64,000 bases of DNA from Candidatus Lindowbacteria bacterium RIFCSPLOWO2_12_FULL_62_27 (GTDB lineage Bacteria; Lindowbacteria; 2-12-FULL-62-27). Of this stretch, positions 39,851-50,006 are shown in pieces. The position numbers and the translations under genes were made by a program. The stretch covers positions 186,001 to 250,000 of the forward strand of contig MFPR01000001.1 in NCBI GenBank assembly GCA_001784175.1, in the 5' to 3' direction. Position 1 is the stretch's first letter; every line of letters begins with the position of its first letter. The notes beneath the pieces were generated by a model. The model was given only the letters and a program-made list of their open reading frames with translations, made no database searches and had not been told where the DNA came from.

Positions 39851-40629
39851 CAATATTTCCTTCCGAAGAGGAGATATCCCGTAAACCCGATCATGCGTTC
39901 CGACGGCCGCACGCCCTCTTTCTGCCGCACCAGCATGCGGCGTTCGAGAATTTCGAGGGCGGTCAGGTCCTGAAAGCCGGCCGATTCGGCGGCGCCCTGC
40001 GCCGCCTTGAGCTGCTCCGCGTTCGGAATGATCAGCCCGAGCGCGCCGCCCAGCCGGAGCGACTCGTGGGCCGGCCGGATCGCAAGCCACGGTTCCGGCA
40101 TGTCCAGCACGACGGCGTCGACGTCCGACTGGCCGAAGGGCTGGCCCGCTTCCAGAACAAAGAATTCCACAAACGCCGCCAGACCCGCTTTGCTCACGTT
40201 CTCTTTCGCCACCTCCTGGAACTCCGCGTTCCGGTCGTACGAATAGATCCTGCCGTCGGGCCGGACCAGCGTCGCCATGAGGAGCGTGAGTGCGCCGCTG
40301 CCGCCGCCCATCTCGATCACGCGGGCGCCGGGCGCAATCGAAAGTTCGAGTGCGATCCGGGCCGCGTCCTTCGGATAAATGATCTGCGTCCGGCGTTTCA
40401 CTTTCATCATCTTCTGCACCAGCGTCGGCCGGACCGCCACGAAGGGCATCTGCATGTGCGAGAGAATGGCGGATCCCTCCGGCCGGCCGATGACGTCGTC
40501 ATGTTTGATGACCCCGTCATGCGTGTGAAGCGTCCGGCCCGGCGTCAGCTCCACGAGAAACGTTTTCCGGCCGGACCGGGCCTGCAGCAAAATCCGCTCG
40601 CCGGCCTGCAGGGTCGTGGGCGCCGTCAC
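39850..40629 (-). CDS. trmI: tRNA (adenine-58-N1)-methyltransferase
   Basis: RRTQIIYPKD, VIEMGGGSGALT, LDMPEPW, RPSERMIGFTGYL. Confidence 0.92.
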   Translation of the reverse strand: MTAPTTLQAGERILLQARSGRKTFLVELTPGRTLHTHDGVIKHDDVIGRPEGSAILSHMQMPFVAVRPTLVQKMMKVKRRTQIIYPKDAARIALELSIAPGARVIEMGGGSGALTLLMATLVRPDGRIYSYDRNAEFQEVAKENVSKAGLAAFVEFFVLEAGQPFGQSDVDAVVLDMPEPWLAIRPAHESLRLGGALGLIIPNAEQLKAAQGAAESAGFQDLTALEILERRMLVRQKEGVRPSERMIGFTGYLLFGRKY

Positions 40630-42626
40630 GATCCGGCCACCAGTTTCTCGAACGCCTCGCCCGTCATCGTCGCCACGCCCAGCGCGCGGGCCTTGTCGAG
40701 TTTGGACCCCGCGTCCTCGCCCACGATCAGAAAGTCCGTGGCTTTTGTGACCGAACTTCCGGCGACCCCGCCGAGGCGGCGCACCGCGTTTTCCGCGGCG
40801 CTGCGCGTCAGCGCCGGCAGAGCCCCCGTGATCACCACCCGTTTGCCTTTCAGCGGATTGTCCCGGGCTTCTATTTTTCTGGGGGCGGCGGGACGCAGCC
40901 CGACGCGTTTGAGATCGTTCAGAAGTTTTCGGTTTCGCTTGAAAAAGGAAACCAGGCTGTCCGCCATTTTCGGGCCGATGCCGTCGATCGCAATGAAGTC
41001 GGCCGCGACCGCCTTCTGCAGCTTGTCCAGCCCTCCGAACTGAAGCGCCAGGTCCCGCGCCGCCACCTCACCCACGTTTGGAATGCCCAGCGCGCAGATG
41101 ACCCGCTCCAAGGGCGCGGATTTGGTCCGATCGATGGCCGACAGGAGATTTTCGACGCGCTTTTCCGCGAATCCCTCAAGCTCCAGCATCCCGGCGCGAC
41201 GGCGGTCGAGCCGGTAGAGGTCGGCGATCGAGCGGATCCACCTCTGCCGGACAAACAGCTCAACCACCTTCTCGCCCATCCCCTCGATGTCGACGCCGGC
41301 TTTCGAGGCGAAATATTCTATCCCTCGCTCCAGTTGCGCCGGACACGACAGGTTCGCGCATCGTACCGCGACTTCCCCCTCCACCCGCGTGAGCGGTCCG
41401 CGGCAGCTCGGACAGGTCCGGCCTTTGTAGGTGAACGGCGCGCTGCCGCGAGGCCGTTTCCGCCGGACGACCTCGACGACCTGCGGGATGATCTCGCCGG
41501 CCTTTTCGACGATCACCGTGTCCCGGATCCGGATGCCTTTGCGCTCGATCTCGTCGAAATTGTGGAGGCTCGCCCGCGACACGGTGGTCCGCGACAGGTA
41601 CACGGGCTTTTCGAAAACCGCGGTGGGCGTCACGGTTCCGGTGCGGCCGACGGAGAGTTCGATGTCCTGGATTTTTGTCTCCTTCCGTTCGGCCGCATAT
41701 TTGTAGGCGATCGCCCATCGCGGGGCCTTGGCGGTCTCTCCCAGCCGCCGGCGGTCCGTGAGGCGGTCGATCTTCATCACCGCACCGTCGACGTCGAACG
41801 CGAGATTTGATTTTTCGAGATATATCCGCTCGATCTCTTTGAACAGAGGGTCCAATCCGACGGCGATGGCCACGCCGGGCGGGATCAAAAATCCGGCCGA
41901 ATCGAAAAATTTCAGGGCTTCGGAGTAGGTTTCGAAGAGACTGCTGTCGGCATGACCCAACGAATGCGCAATGAACGCCAGCTTGCGGCGCGCGACCTCG
42001 TCCGGGTCCAGGAGTTTCAGGGAACCGGCCGCGGCGTTGCGCGGGTTGACGAAGGGCGCCTCATCGGCGAGGGCCCGCGCGCGGTTCAGATCCTCGAAGG
42101 CCCGGTTGTTCATGAAGACCTCGCCGCGGACTTCGAGGGTGACCGGCTTCGGCAGGGTCAGCGGGACGGTGGAAAGCCGTTTCAGATTCTCGGTGATGTC
42201 GTCTCCCGTCTCGCCATCCCCGCGCGTCAGGCCGCAGGCCAGGCGGCCCTTCTCAAACTGAAGGTTCACCGCCACACCGTCGATCTTCGGCTCGACCGCG
42301 AAGGCCACATCGGTCCGCTCAAGCCCCCGATGCACGCGCTCCACAAATTCCGCAAGCCCCTCCCGCGAATAGACGTTGTCCAGCGACAGCATCGGCAAGC
42401 GGTGCGGACGGCTCACGAATCCTTCGAGCTTGCCGCCCCCCACCCGCCGCGTCGGAGACGACACGTCCGCCAGCTCCGGATGCCTGTCCTCAAGCGCCAG
42501 AAGTTCGCGGTAGAGCCGGTCGTAGTCCGCATCCGAAATTTCCGGCCGGGCGTCCACGTAGTATTTCCGGTTGTGTCGATCGAGTTCCTCCCGAAGCTCC
42601 AGGAGACGGTCCTTTTCGCTTTTCAT
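40626..42626 (-). CDS. ligA: NAD-dependent DNA ligase
   Basis: EPKIDG, EVRGEV, NPRNAAAGS, PRWAIAYK, VGRTG, zinc finger, BRCT domain. Confidence 0.97.
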   Translation of the reverse strand: MKSEKDRLLELREELDRHNRKYYVDARPEISDADYDRLYRELLALEDRHPELADVSSPTRRVGGGKLEGFVSRPHRLPMLSLDNVYSREGLAEFVERVHRGLERTDVAFAVEPKIDGVAVNLQFEKGRLACGLTRGDGETGDDITENLKRLSTVPLTLPKPVTLEVRGEVFMNNRAFEDLNRARALADEAPFVNPRNAAAGSLKLLDPDEVARRKLAFIAHSLGHADSSLFETYSEALKFFDSAGFLIPPGVAIAVGLDPLFKEIERIYLEKSNLAFDVDGAVMKIDRLTDRRRLGETAKAPRWAIAYKYAAERKETKIQDIELSVGRTGTVTPTAVFEKPVYLSRTTVSRASLHNFDEIERKGIRIRDTVIVEKAGEIIPQVVEVVRRKRPRGSAPFTYKGRTCPSCRGPLTRVEGEVAVRCANLSCPAQLERGIEYFASKAGVDIEGMGEKVVELFVRQRWIRSIADLYRLDRRRAGMLELEGFAEKRVENLLSAIDRTKSAPLERVICALGIPNVGEVAARDLALQFGGLDKLQKAVAADFIAIDGIGPKMADSLVSFFKRNRKLLNDLKRVGLRPAAPRKIEARDNPLKGKRVVITGALPALTRSAAENAVRRLGGVAGSSVTKATDFLIVGEDAGSKLDKARALGVATMTGEAFEKLVAGS

Positions 42627-44317
42627 CGTACCCTGAATGTCCATTCCTTTCGGCTCACATTTCCGATCCGGTCCGCCACCGTCACGGCCAGCCGGTGCGG
42701 CCCACGCCCGACGCGCGTCAGAATCACCCGCACCCAACCGCGGTCTGCATCATAATACCACTCCTCATGCGCCCTGCCATCCACCTCCACACCTCCGGTG
42801 TCGGCCATACCGGAGCCGCGGTCGCTCACGACCACATGAATCTCGTCGTCACGGGACCACCGCCCGGCCGCCGGAAAGGAAACCCGCGGCGCAACCGAGT
42901 CGTCGGAGAGAATGTAAAAGGCCGTTCGATCGATTTTTGCGGACACGGCGCCGGCGGCCGTGTCCGCAAGAGCGCCGACGAATGACCATTTTTCGGGCTG
43001 CCCGTTCAAGGACGCCCGTCGATAAACAGCTAATTTCCCCGTTGGAATCTGCATCGTGACTGGCACGCGGAAGCGGAGAACGGCCGGCGAAGCCAGCGGA
43101 ACACCTGTCGGCTCGAGCAAACACGCGGAGACAACGGGCAGAACGGATTCGTGAGGCGGCGTGAAATCGTTCCCGGAAGATCCGGCCCACACGCTCACGG
43201 CTTCCGAGGAATAGAACATCGAGGGCGCAAGCAGACATTCGACGGCGCCGTCCGGAGACGCCAGTTGACGCGTTTCCCCTTCGGAGGGCCGGAACATTAA
43301 CCCCTCCCCCCTTGTGGGGGAGGCCGGGTGGGGGGTACCTATTCCTATCTCTGTCTCTGTTGCATTCCCGCTGTTGTCCTCCGCCCGGATCCACAGAACG
43401 TGCGTGTCCCCGCGCACGCGCGAAACATCGAGCGCCGGAGACTCGGCCGCCGATGGCGCGCGCGGCCGCGGCAATCCCGTGAACAGCCGGAATCGGTAAC
43501 GGCCGCCGGCGCCGGAGGAACGCAAATCGTAAATCAAACCGACCCGCTTGTTCTCCTGCGACGCGTAACTCAAACGATCAAACAGAATTGTTTTCGTGTC
43601 CTTGTGATCAAGCGCGTAAATGATTTTCCTCGGACTCAGGTGATAGGCCGGAGCATATTCCGACGTGTCGGTCGCCACAAGATCGATCCAATACCTGCCG
43701 GGAAGATCTTCGGCGCCTTCAAAGACGCGGGTAAGAATAACGGACGACACGATCGGCGCCGTCCTGTCCGTGGGCGCCGGCAAAAATTCAAACGGATGGA
43801 TCGGCGTCTCTTCGTCCCGGCGCAACTCAAAATGCAGGTGCGGCAGGCCCGCGCCGCTTTCGCCGCTGTATCCGATCAGTTCGCCCTTCCTCACCGGCGC
43901 AAGTTCCCCCGGCGCTACGGCGGCGTCGAGCTTGTCGCGAAATTTCATTCCGCGACGCCGGTGCGCCACCCACGTCTGGATCGCGCCCGCGAACCGGTCC
44001 AGATGCGCGTAGACCGACCGGCGGCCCTCCGGATGCCTGAGATAAATCGCCTTGCCGAATCCCGTCAGGCTGTCCGCCACGCGGTAGACTTCTCCGTCGG
44101 CCACCGCATACACCGGCCGGCCGACTTCGCCGTTCGTCGAAAAATCGATCCCTGTGTGAAAATGCCCCTCGCGGTATTCGCCGAACGTCCCGGTCACAGG
44201 CGCCTCTTTGCCCAACGGCCACGCGTAATCGCCCCGGACACCGGAGCAGAAGACACCGGAGCAGAAGACAGAATACAGAAGACAGAATACAGAAGAACCC
44301 AGCAGACGCAGACGCAG
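42623..44317 (-). CDS. M23 family metallopeptidase, exported
   Basis: FGEYREGHFHTGIDF, YAHL, GLPHLHFE. A signal peptide is present only if translation starts at CTG 44317; the ORF track starts at TTG 44215. Confidence 0.88.
   Translation of the reverse strand: MRLRLLGSSVFCLLYSVFCSGVFCSGVRGDYAWPLGKEAPVTGTFGEYREGHFHTGIDFSTNGEVGRPVYAVADGEVYRVADSLTGFGKAIYLRHPEGRRSVYAHLDRFAGAIQTWVAHRRRGMKFRDKLDAAVAPGELAPVRKGELIGYSGESGAGLPHLHFELRRDEETPIHPFEFLPAPTDRTAPIVSSVILTRVFEGAEDLPGRYWIDLVATDTSEYAPAYHLSPRKIIYALDHKDTKTILFDRLSYASQENKRVGLIYDLRSSGAGGRYRFRLFTGLPRPRAPSAAESPALDVSRVRGDTHVLWIRAEDNSGNATETEIGIGTPHPASPTRGEGLMFRPSEGETRQLASPDGAVECLLAPSMFYSSEAVSVWAGSSGNDFTPPHESVLPVVSACLLEPTGVPLASPAVLRFRVPVTMQIPTGKLAVYRRASLNGQPEKWSFVGALADTAAGAVSAKIDRTAFYILSDDSVAPRVSFPAAGRWSRDDEIHVVVSDRGSGMADTGGVEVDGRAHEEWYYDADRGWVRVILTRVGRGPHRLAVTVADRIGNVSRKEWTFRVR
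43301..43335 (-). repeat. 35-bp hairpin repeat, in-frame intragenic copy
   Basis: One mismatch to 11741-11775; lies in the M23 ORF and encodes TPHPASPTRGEG. Confidence 0.9.
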
Positions 44318-44319
44318 AT
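44237..44319. repeat. Short tandem repeats in the M23 signal-peptide region
   Basis: (GACACCGGAGCAGAA)x2, (GACAGAATACAGAA)x2, then GCAGAC-GCAGAC-GCAGAT. Confidence 0.85.
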
Positions 44320-45660
44320 TTACGAGTCCATCCCGAATTTTTTCAGCTTCATCAGGAGCGTCGTTCGCTTCAGGCCCAACAGCGCGGCCGCCTCCGTCTG
44401 GTTGCCGCCGCTTCGGCGGAGCGCCTCGGTCAGAAGCGTTTTCTCGTACGTGTCGACCAGCGTGTCAAAATCGGCGAGACCCACGTGCGCCGGCGCGTAC
44501 ACGCTGTCCGGCGCGAACGCCGCCGCTTCGCCGTGCTCGACCGACTGGAGCACGCCCGCTTGCGCCAGCGCGACCGCGCGCTGGATGGCGTTTTCAAGCT
44601 CCCGGACGTTGCCCGGCCACGCATACATGAGAAGGGAGGCCTTGGCCGGTTCGGCGAGGACGATGTCGGGCTTGCCGTACCGGGGGCCGTATTCTTTGAC
44701 AAAATATTCGGCCAGAATGGGAATATCGCCGGGCCGTTCGCGTAGCGGCGGGATTTGAATGGGGATCACGTTGAGCCGGTAAAAAAGATCCTCCCGGAAA
44801 AGATTCTGTTTCACCAGCTCCGTAAGATTCTTGTTCGTGGCGGCCACCACCCGGATGTCCGCGCGGAGGGTTCCCTGGCCGCCCACGCGCCGAAATTCGC
44901 CGCCTTCCAGAACCCTCAAAAGCTTCGGCTGAATCTGCACCGGCAGTTCCGCCACCTCATCCAGAAACAGCGTCCCGCCGCCGGCCACCTCCACCAGGCC
45001 CAGCTTGCGCCGCTCCGCGCCCGTGAACGCGCCCTTTTCATAGCCGAACAGTTCCGCCTCCAGCAGGTTTTCCGGGATCGCCGAACAGTTGACGGCGACA
45101 AACGGACAGTCGCGGCGGCGGCTCAGGTGATGAAGGCCTCGCGCGATCAGCTCCTTGCCTGTCCCGCTTTCGCCCATGACGAGAACGCTCGCGTCGGTCG
45201 GCGCCACCCGCGCAACCAGATCCAGCAGGTCCTTCATCTTGGCGTCCTGCGTCACAAACGCGTCGGCCATGCCCGCGCCCTCCGCCGTCTCCCGGCGCGC
45301 CGGCTGATCGAGCCGCTGGAGCACGCGGTCGACGTCCGTCACGGAAAAGGGTTTCATCAGGAAATCGTCCGCGCCGAGCTTCATCGCAGAAACCGCCGTG
45401 TCGACGGTGCCGTAAGCGGTGATCACGCAGATGTGGCACCGCGGATGCCGGGCGCGCAGGTCCCCGAGGATGCTGAGACCATCGCCGTCCGGCAGCCGGA
45501 TGTCGAGGAAGGCGGCGTCGTACGGCGCCGCGCCGATCTTCTCGCGCGCCGTCCGGATGCTGTCCGCGTGCGTGACGACAAACCCGATGCGCTCGCCGGC
45601 CTCGCACAGAAAATCCCCCATGATCGGCTCGTCGTCGACCACGAGGAGATGCCGGGCCAT
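44320..45660 (-). CDS. Sigma54-dependent response regulator (NtrC/PilR-like)
   Basis: Receiver domain, GESGTGKE, GAFTGA, FREDLFYRLNV, WPGNVRELEN, Fis HTH. Confidence 0.95.
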   Translation of the reverse strand: MARHLLVVDDEPIMGDFLCEAGERIGFVVTHADSIRTAREKIGAAPYDAAFLDIRLPDGDGLSILGDLRARHPRCHICVITAYGTVDTAVSAMKLGADDFLMKPFSVTDVDRVLQRLDQPARRETAEGAGMADAFVTQDAKMKDLLDLVARVAPTDASVLVMGESGTGKELIARGLHHLSRRRDCPFVAVNCSAIPENLLEAELFGYEKGAFTGAERRKLGLVEVAGGGTLFLDEVAELPVQIQPKLLRVLEGGEFRRVGGQGTLRADIRVVAATNKNLTELVKQNLFREDLFYRLNVIPIQIPPLRERPGDIPILAEYFVKEYGPRYGKPDIVLAEPAKASLLMYAWPGNVRELENAIQRAVALAQAGVLQSVEHGEAAAFAPDSVYAPAHVGLADFDTLVDTYEKTLLTEALRRSGGNQTEAAALLGLKRTTLLMKLKKFGMDS

Positions 45661-45662
45661 GA

Positions 45663-47621
45663 TCAGGCGCGCGGAACCACGATCCGGACGGTGGCGCCGC
45701 CGCCCGGCGGACTTTCAATCTGAAGCGTTCCGGAAAATTCCTCTTCCACGATTTTTTGAACGATCGGGAGGCCCAGGCCCAGGCCCTTGTCCTTGGTGGT
45801 GTAAAAGGGATCGAAAATCCGGGACGGCTCCTCGTGGATCCCGACCCCGTTGTCCGACACCTGCACCTCGACCTTCCCGTTTTTCTCCTCCGCCGTCAGA
45901 CGCACGCGGCCGTCGCCCATCCGGCACGCCTCGACGGCGTTTTTCAGAACATTCACCAGCGCGCGCTTGAAATGGTCCGGCGAGCCGACCATCGGGATGT
46001 CCGGCGCGGAAACCCGCACGGACACGCCGCGGCTCTCGGCCAGAAACGAAATCTCCGCCGCCGCCTTCTCCGCCACCTCCCGCATCTCGAACCGGCGCTC
46101 CTGCTGCGGCTGCCGCTCCAGCGACAGCTCCAGAAACTGGTTGATGGTGCTCGAGATGCTGGCCACGCCCTCGATGACCCGCTCGGCATGCCGGGCCAGC
46201 TTGGGATCGCGCTCCAGTTCCTTTTTGAGCAGCGACGCGAATCCCTCGATGCCGCCGAGGGGGTTTTTTATTTCGTGCGCGAACTCGGCCATGAGTCGCC
46301 GGTAAATGCCCAGATGCTCCTTCCGCGCGATTTCCGCGCGCAGACGCTGGAGTTCCGCGATGTCGAGCGCGGTGAACAGCACCCAGGTGGTGCCGTCGCC
46401 ATGGACGAATCGCGTGGTGGCGTACTGGATCGGCACCTGCGTGTGATCGCCGCGGAGGAGGTTCCCCTCCGCGATCCGCACCTCCTCGGAAAGATGCAGG
46501 CACCGGAGAATGGGATCCGCCTCCTTGCTCGGAAAAAGATACACGTCCTCGCACAGGCGCTTGTCGATCAGCGCCTCCAGCGAAACCTGGCCGGTCAGAA
46601 TCAGCGCGTTTCGGTTGACCAGCCGGATCCGGCCGCCCGAATCGACGGCGATGACGGCCGCCTGGCTCGCTGCCAGGACACGGTCGAGAAAATCGCGGGT
46701 CTGGCGCATGTCGTCGTGGATCAGACGGTTTTCCATGAGCAGCAGCGAATAGTCGCGCATCGCCCGGGCAATCTCAAGGTCCTCGTCTTTGAACCAGATG
46801 TCGTTTTGCCGGTCGGCCAGCACGAAACAGGCCGTGATGTCCCGGATCCGGAACGGCACGACCATCACCGAATGCGTGTGCGGCGGAATGTCGCGGCCGC
46901 GCTTGAGAACCCGAACGTCGCCCTCGAGGTCCGCGCTTTTCAGCCACTCCTCCAACTCGGGATTCGCCGGCGCGTTGATCGAGTGGTCGATCGTCCGGTC
47001 CCGCCCGCGAAACCGGACCATCGCGGAGGAAACCGGGCGCAAAACTTCGACGAGTTGCCGGAAATTCTCGCCCAGAAACAAATCGGGATCCATCCGGCCC
47101 TCGATGTTCGACACGTTCCGCAGCCGGCGCAGGGTCGTGACCTGCGCGATCTTTTGAAATGTCTCGCGTTCCTGCCGGACCTTCTGCTCGACCTGAAAGC
47201 CGAGAATGATCGCGACGGTGTAGAGCGGAATCAGGAGCGTCAACGTCCCCGGGGAGAACAGCTCAAAACCGGGATCGCCGGAGGCCGACGAGAGATAATA
47301 CAGGATCGTGTTGAAAAACGCCGCGCCCACGCTCCCCACAAGACCAAACGACAGCCCGCCCGAAAACACCGGCAGAAGGTACAGCCAGAACATGACCTTC
47401 TGGTACTCGTGGCTGGCCATCCAGGCGGCGTGGGAAAAGAAAATGTAGAGGAGCAGGATGGTCAGGTTGGCCTCGGTGTACGGAAACCGCTTTCGAATCG
47501 ACGGCTCGATGATGAAAAACAGCACGAAGGCCGCGATGATGACGACGTTGACCTTGTTCGGAAGCTCCTGAAAATAGCTGAAGGCGATGACCAGAAAGAG
47601 CGCAAGCCCGAGGAGGCTCAA
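45663..47621 (-). CDS. Membrane PAS sensor histidine kinase (PilS-like position)
   Basis: Several TM helices, PAS domain, AHEIKNPL, NAVEA, DNGVG, PFYTTK, GLGLGL; start uncertain. Confidence 0.92.
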   Translation of the reverse strand: MSLLGLALFLVIAFSYFQELPNKVNVVIIAAFVLFFIIEPSIRKRFPYTEANLTILLLYIFFSHAAWMASHEYQKVMFWLYLLPVFSGGLSFGLVGSVGAAFFNTILYYLSSASGDPGFELFSPGTLTLLIPLYTVAIILGFQVEQKVRQERETFQKIAQVTTLRRLRNVSNIEGRMDPDLFLGENFRQLVEVLRPVSSAMVRFRGRDRTIDHSINAPANPELEEWLKSADLEGDVRVLKRGRDIPPHTHSVMVVPFRIRDITACFVLADRQNDIWFKDEDLEIARAMRDYSLLLMENRLIHDDMRQTRDFLDRVLAASQAAVIAVDSGGRIRLVNRNALILTGQVSLEALIDKRLCEDVYLFPSKEADPILRCLHLSEEVRIAEGNLLRGDHTQVPIQYATTRFVHGDGTTWVLFTALDIAELQRLRAEIARKEHLGIYRRLMAEFAHEIKNPLGGIEGFASLLKKELERDPKLARHAERVIEGVASISSTINQFLELSLERQPQQERRFEMREVAEKAAAEISFLAESRGVSVRVSAPDIPMVGSPDHFKRALVNVLKNAVEACRMGDGRVRLTAEEKNGKVEVQVSDNGVGIHEEPSRIFDPFYTTKDKGLGLGLPIVQKIVEEEFSGTLQIESPPGGGATVRIVVPRA

Positions 47622-47701
47622 AAACAGAAACCAGCCCCACGTCTCCCGCCGCGTCTCCGTTCGCAGGTAGCGGTATAACTGTTTGAAAGCTTCGATCGCG
47701 G

Positions 47702-48910
47702 CTATTTCACCAGGTTGATCATTTCGAACATCGGGAAAAACATGGCCATGACGATGATGCCGATCGCGCCGCCCATCGCGACGACCATGAGAGGCTCGAT
47801 CAGGGACGAGAGGGCGTTGACGGTCTCATCCACGATGAGGTCGTAGTTGTCCGCGATCTTGGTCAGCATCGAGTCCAGCGATCCCGTTTCTTCGCCAACC
47901 GCGATCATGTGCGTGACCATCAGCGGAAAGACCTTGGACTTGTGGAGGGGCTTGGAGATCGTCTCGCCCTGGCTGATCGAGGCCGAAACGTCATCCATCA
48001 CGGCGGCCAATACTTCGTTGCCGATCGTGTCCTTCACGATCTTGATCGCCTGCAAAATCGGCACGCCGCTGGCCACGAGCGTGCCCAAGGTCCGCGTGAA
48101 CCGCGAGATCGCGACTTTCTTGATGAGGTCCCCGAATACCGGAAGTTTCAGGCGGACCTTGTCGCACTGCAGGCGGCCCCGGCCGGGCTGGTCGTACCAG
48201 TTCAACGCAATGATGGCGCCGATAATGCCGAGGATGCACATCCACCAGTAGCCGACCAGAAAATTGCTGATGGTCATCACGACCCGGGTCGGCAGCGGCA
48301 ACGCCACGCCCATCTGCAGAAACATGGTCGCGAAGGTCGGAATGATCTTGATCATCAGGAACGTCACCACGGTCGTCGCGACCAGCGCCATCACGGCGGG
48401 ATACGTCATCGCGCCCTTCACTTTCGTCCTCAGCTCCTGCTCCTTCTCGGCAAATTCGGCCAGCCGGTTCAGGACCTTCTCCAGCACACCGCCGATCTCT
48501 CCGGCCTTCACCATGTTGTAATACAGGGGCTGAAAGACCCGCTTGTGCTTGGACAGCGCATCGGAAAAAGAACTGCCGCTCTGAATGTCCGAGCTCAGCG
48601 TCGTGATCAGCTCCTTCAGCTTCGGATTTTCGGCCTGGTCCTGCAGGATGGTCAGGGCCCTGAGCAGCGGCAGGCCCGCGTCGAGGAGCGTGGCCATCTG
48701 GCGGGTGAACATCGTGGTTTCCTCCGTCTTGACGCCCCGCTGAAGAAACGGAATGGAAAACCCGGCCGCTTCCTTCTTCTCCTTCACCTGGTACGGCCGC
48801 AGGCCCATCTCGCGCAGCCGAGCCGACGCCAGCTTCTCGCTGGCCGCCTCGATCAGGCCGTTCATGTCCTTGCCGGCCGCGTCCATCGCCTTGTATTCGA
48901 AGACCGGCAT
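47702..48910 (-). CDS. pilC: Type IV pilus platform protein PilC (GspF family)
   Basis: FTRQMATLLDAGLPL, AGEIGG, AMTYP, VGEETGSLD, LIEP. Confidence 0.93.
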   Translation of the reverse strand: MPVFEYKAMDAAGKDMNGLIEAASEKLASARLREMGLRPYQVKEKKEAAGFSIPFLQRGVKTEETTMFTRQMATLLDAGLPLLRALTILQDQAENPKLKELITTLSSDIQSGSSFSDALSKHKRVFQPLYYNMVKAGEIGGVLEKVLNRLAEFAEKEQELRTKVKGAMTYPAVMALVATTVVTFLMIKIIPTFATMFLQMGVALPLPTRVVMTISNFLVGYWWMCILGIIGAIIALNWYDQPGRGRLQCDKVRLKLPVFGDLIKKVAISRFTRTLGTLVASGVPILQAIKIVKDTIGNEVLAAVMDDVSASISQGETISKPLHKSKVFPLMVTHMIAVGEETGSLDSMLTKIADNYDLIVDETVNALSSLIEPLMVVAMGGAIGIIVMAMFFPMFEMINLVK

Positions 48911-48933
48911 CCCTCAATCCCTCCCTGCGGCGT

Positions 48934-49983
48934 TCATATTTGTTTCTGAATCTCCTCGCGGTCCTGCGCCTTCAGCAGGACCTCCTGATGGGTGATCAGG
49001 CCGCGCTGATAGAGATAGATCAGATGCTGATCCATCGTCTGCATGCCGAGTTGCCCTCCGGTCTGGATCGCCGACACAATGTTGTGGGTTTTCATTTCGC
49101 GGATCAGGTTCCGGACCCCGGGCGTCACAAACATGATCTCGAACGCCGCCACCCGGCCGGCGCCCTGGGACTTCGGACACAGCGTCTGCGAAATCACTCC
49201 CTCCAGCGCCACCGAAAGCTGCGTCCGGATCTGCTCCTGCTGGTCCGTCGGAAACACGTCGATGATCCGGTCGACCGTCGCGGACGCGCTGTTGGTGTGG
49301 AGGGTGCCGAACACCAGGTGCCCGGTTTCGGCCGCCGTGATCGCCGCTTCGATCGTCTCCAAGTCCCGGAGTTCGCCGACCATGATGACGTCCGGGTCCT
49401 GCCGCAGGGCCCGCTTCAGCGCCTCCTTGAAGGACGGCACGTCCACGCCCAGCTCCCGGTGGGTCACCACGCTCTGCTTGTGTTGGTGGATGAATTCGAT
49501 CGGATCCTCGACTGTGATGATGTGCGTCGACCGCTCGGTGTTGATCCAGTCGATCATCGCGGCCAGGGTCGTCGTCTTGCCGGAACCGGTCGGGCCGGTC
49601 ACCAGGACCAAGCCCCTGGGTTTGGTCAGAAGGGTGAGGATGTGTTTCGGGAGGCCCAACTGTTCCACGGAATAGATTTTGTTCGGAATCAGCCGGCACA
49701 CCATGCCGTGGTAGCCGCGCTCCTTGAAAATCGACACGCGGAACCGGCATTTGCTCTCGTAAGAGTATCCGTAGTCGGACCCGCCGTGCTGTTCGAGCCG
49801 GGTGATATGCTCGTCCGGCGTGATGGACTTGACGATGATCTGGGTGTCGTCCGGCGTGAGGACCGCCGTTTCGATGTTCACCAGTTCCCCGTCGATCCGA
49901 AGCACCGGCGGGCGGCCCACCCGGAAGTGGATGTCCGACGCCCCCCGCTCGATGGCCAGCTCCATCACATCGTGAATGTACAT
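48934..49983 (-). CDS. pilT: Pilus retraction ATPase PilT
   Basis: TGPTGSGKTTTLA, LRQDPD, AETGHLVFGTLHT, VRNLIRE, GMQTMD. Confidence 0.95.
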   Translation of the reverse strand: MYIHDVMELAIERGASDIHFRVGRPPVLRIDGELVNIETAVLTPDDTQIIVKSITPDEHITRLEQHGGSDYGYSYESKCRFRVSIFKERGYHGMVCRLIPNKIYSVEQLGLPKHILTLLTKPRGLVLVTGPTGSGKTTTLAAMIDWINTERSTHIITVEDPIEFIHQHKQSVVTHRELGVDVPSFKEALKRALRQDPDVIMVGELRDLETIEAAITAAETGHLVFGTLHTNSASATVDRIIDVFPTDQQEQIRTQLSVALEGVISQTLCPKSQGAGRVAAFEIMFVTPGVRNLIREMKTHNIVSAIQTGGQLGMQTMDQHLIYLYQRGLITHQEVLLKAQDREEIQKQI

Positions 49984-50006
49984 AGGTCAGCACATTAACT
50001 CGATCC

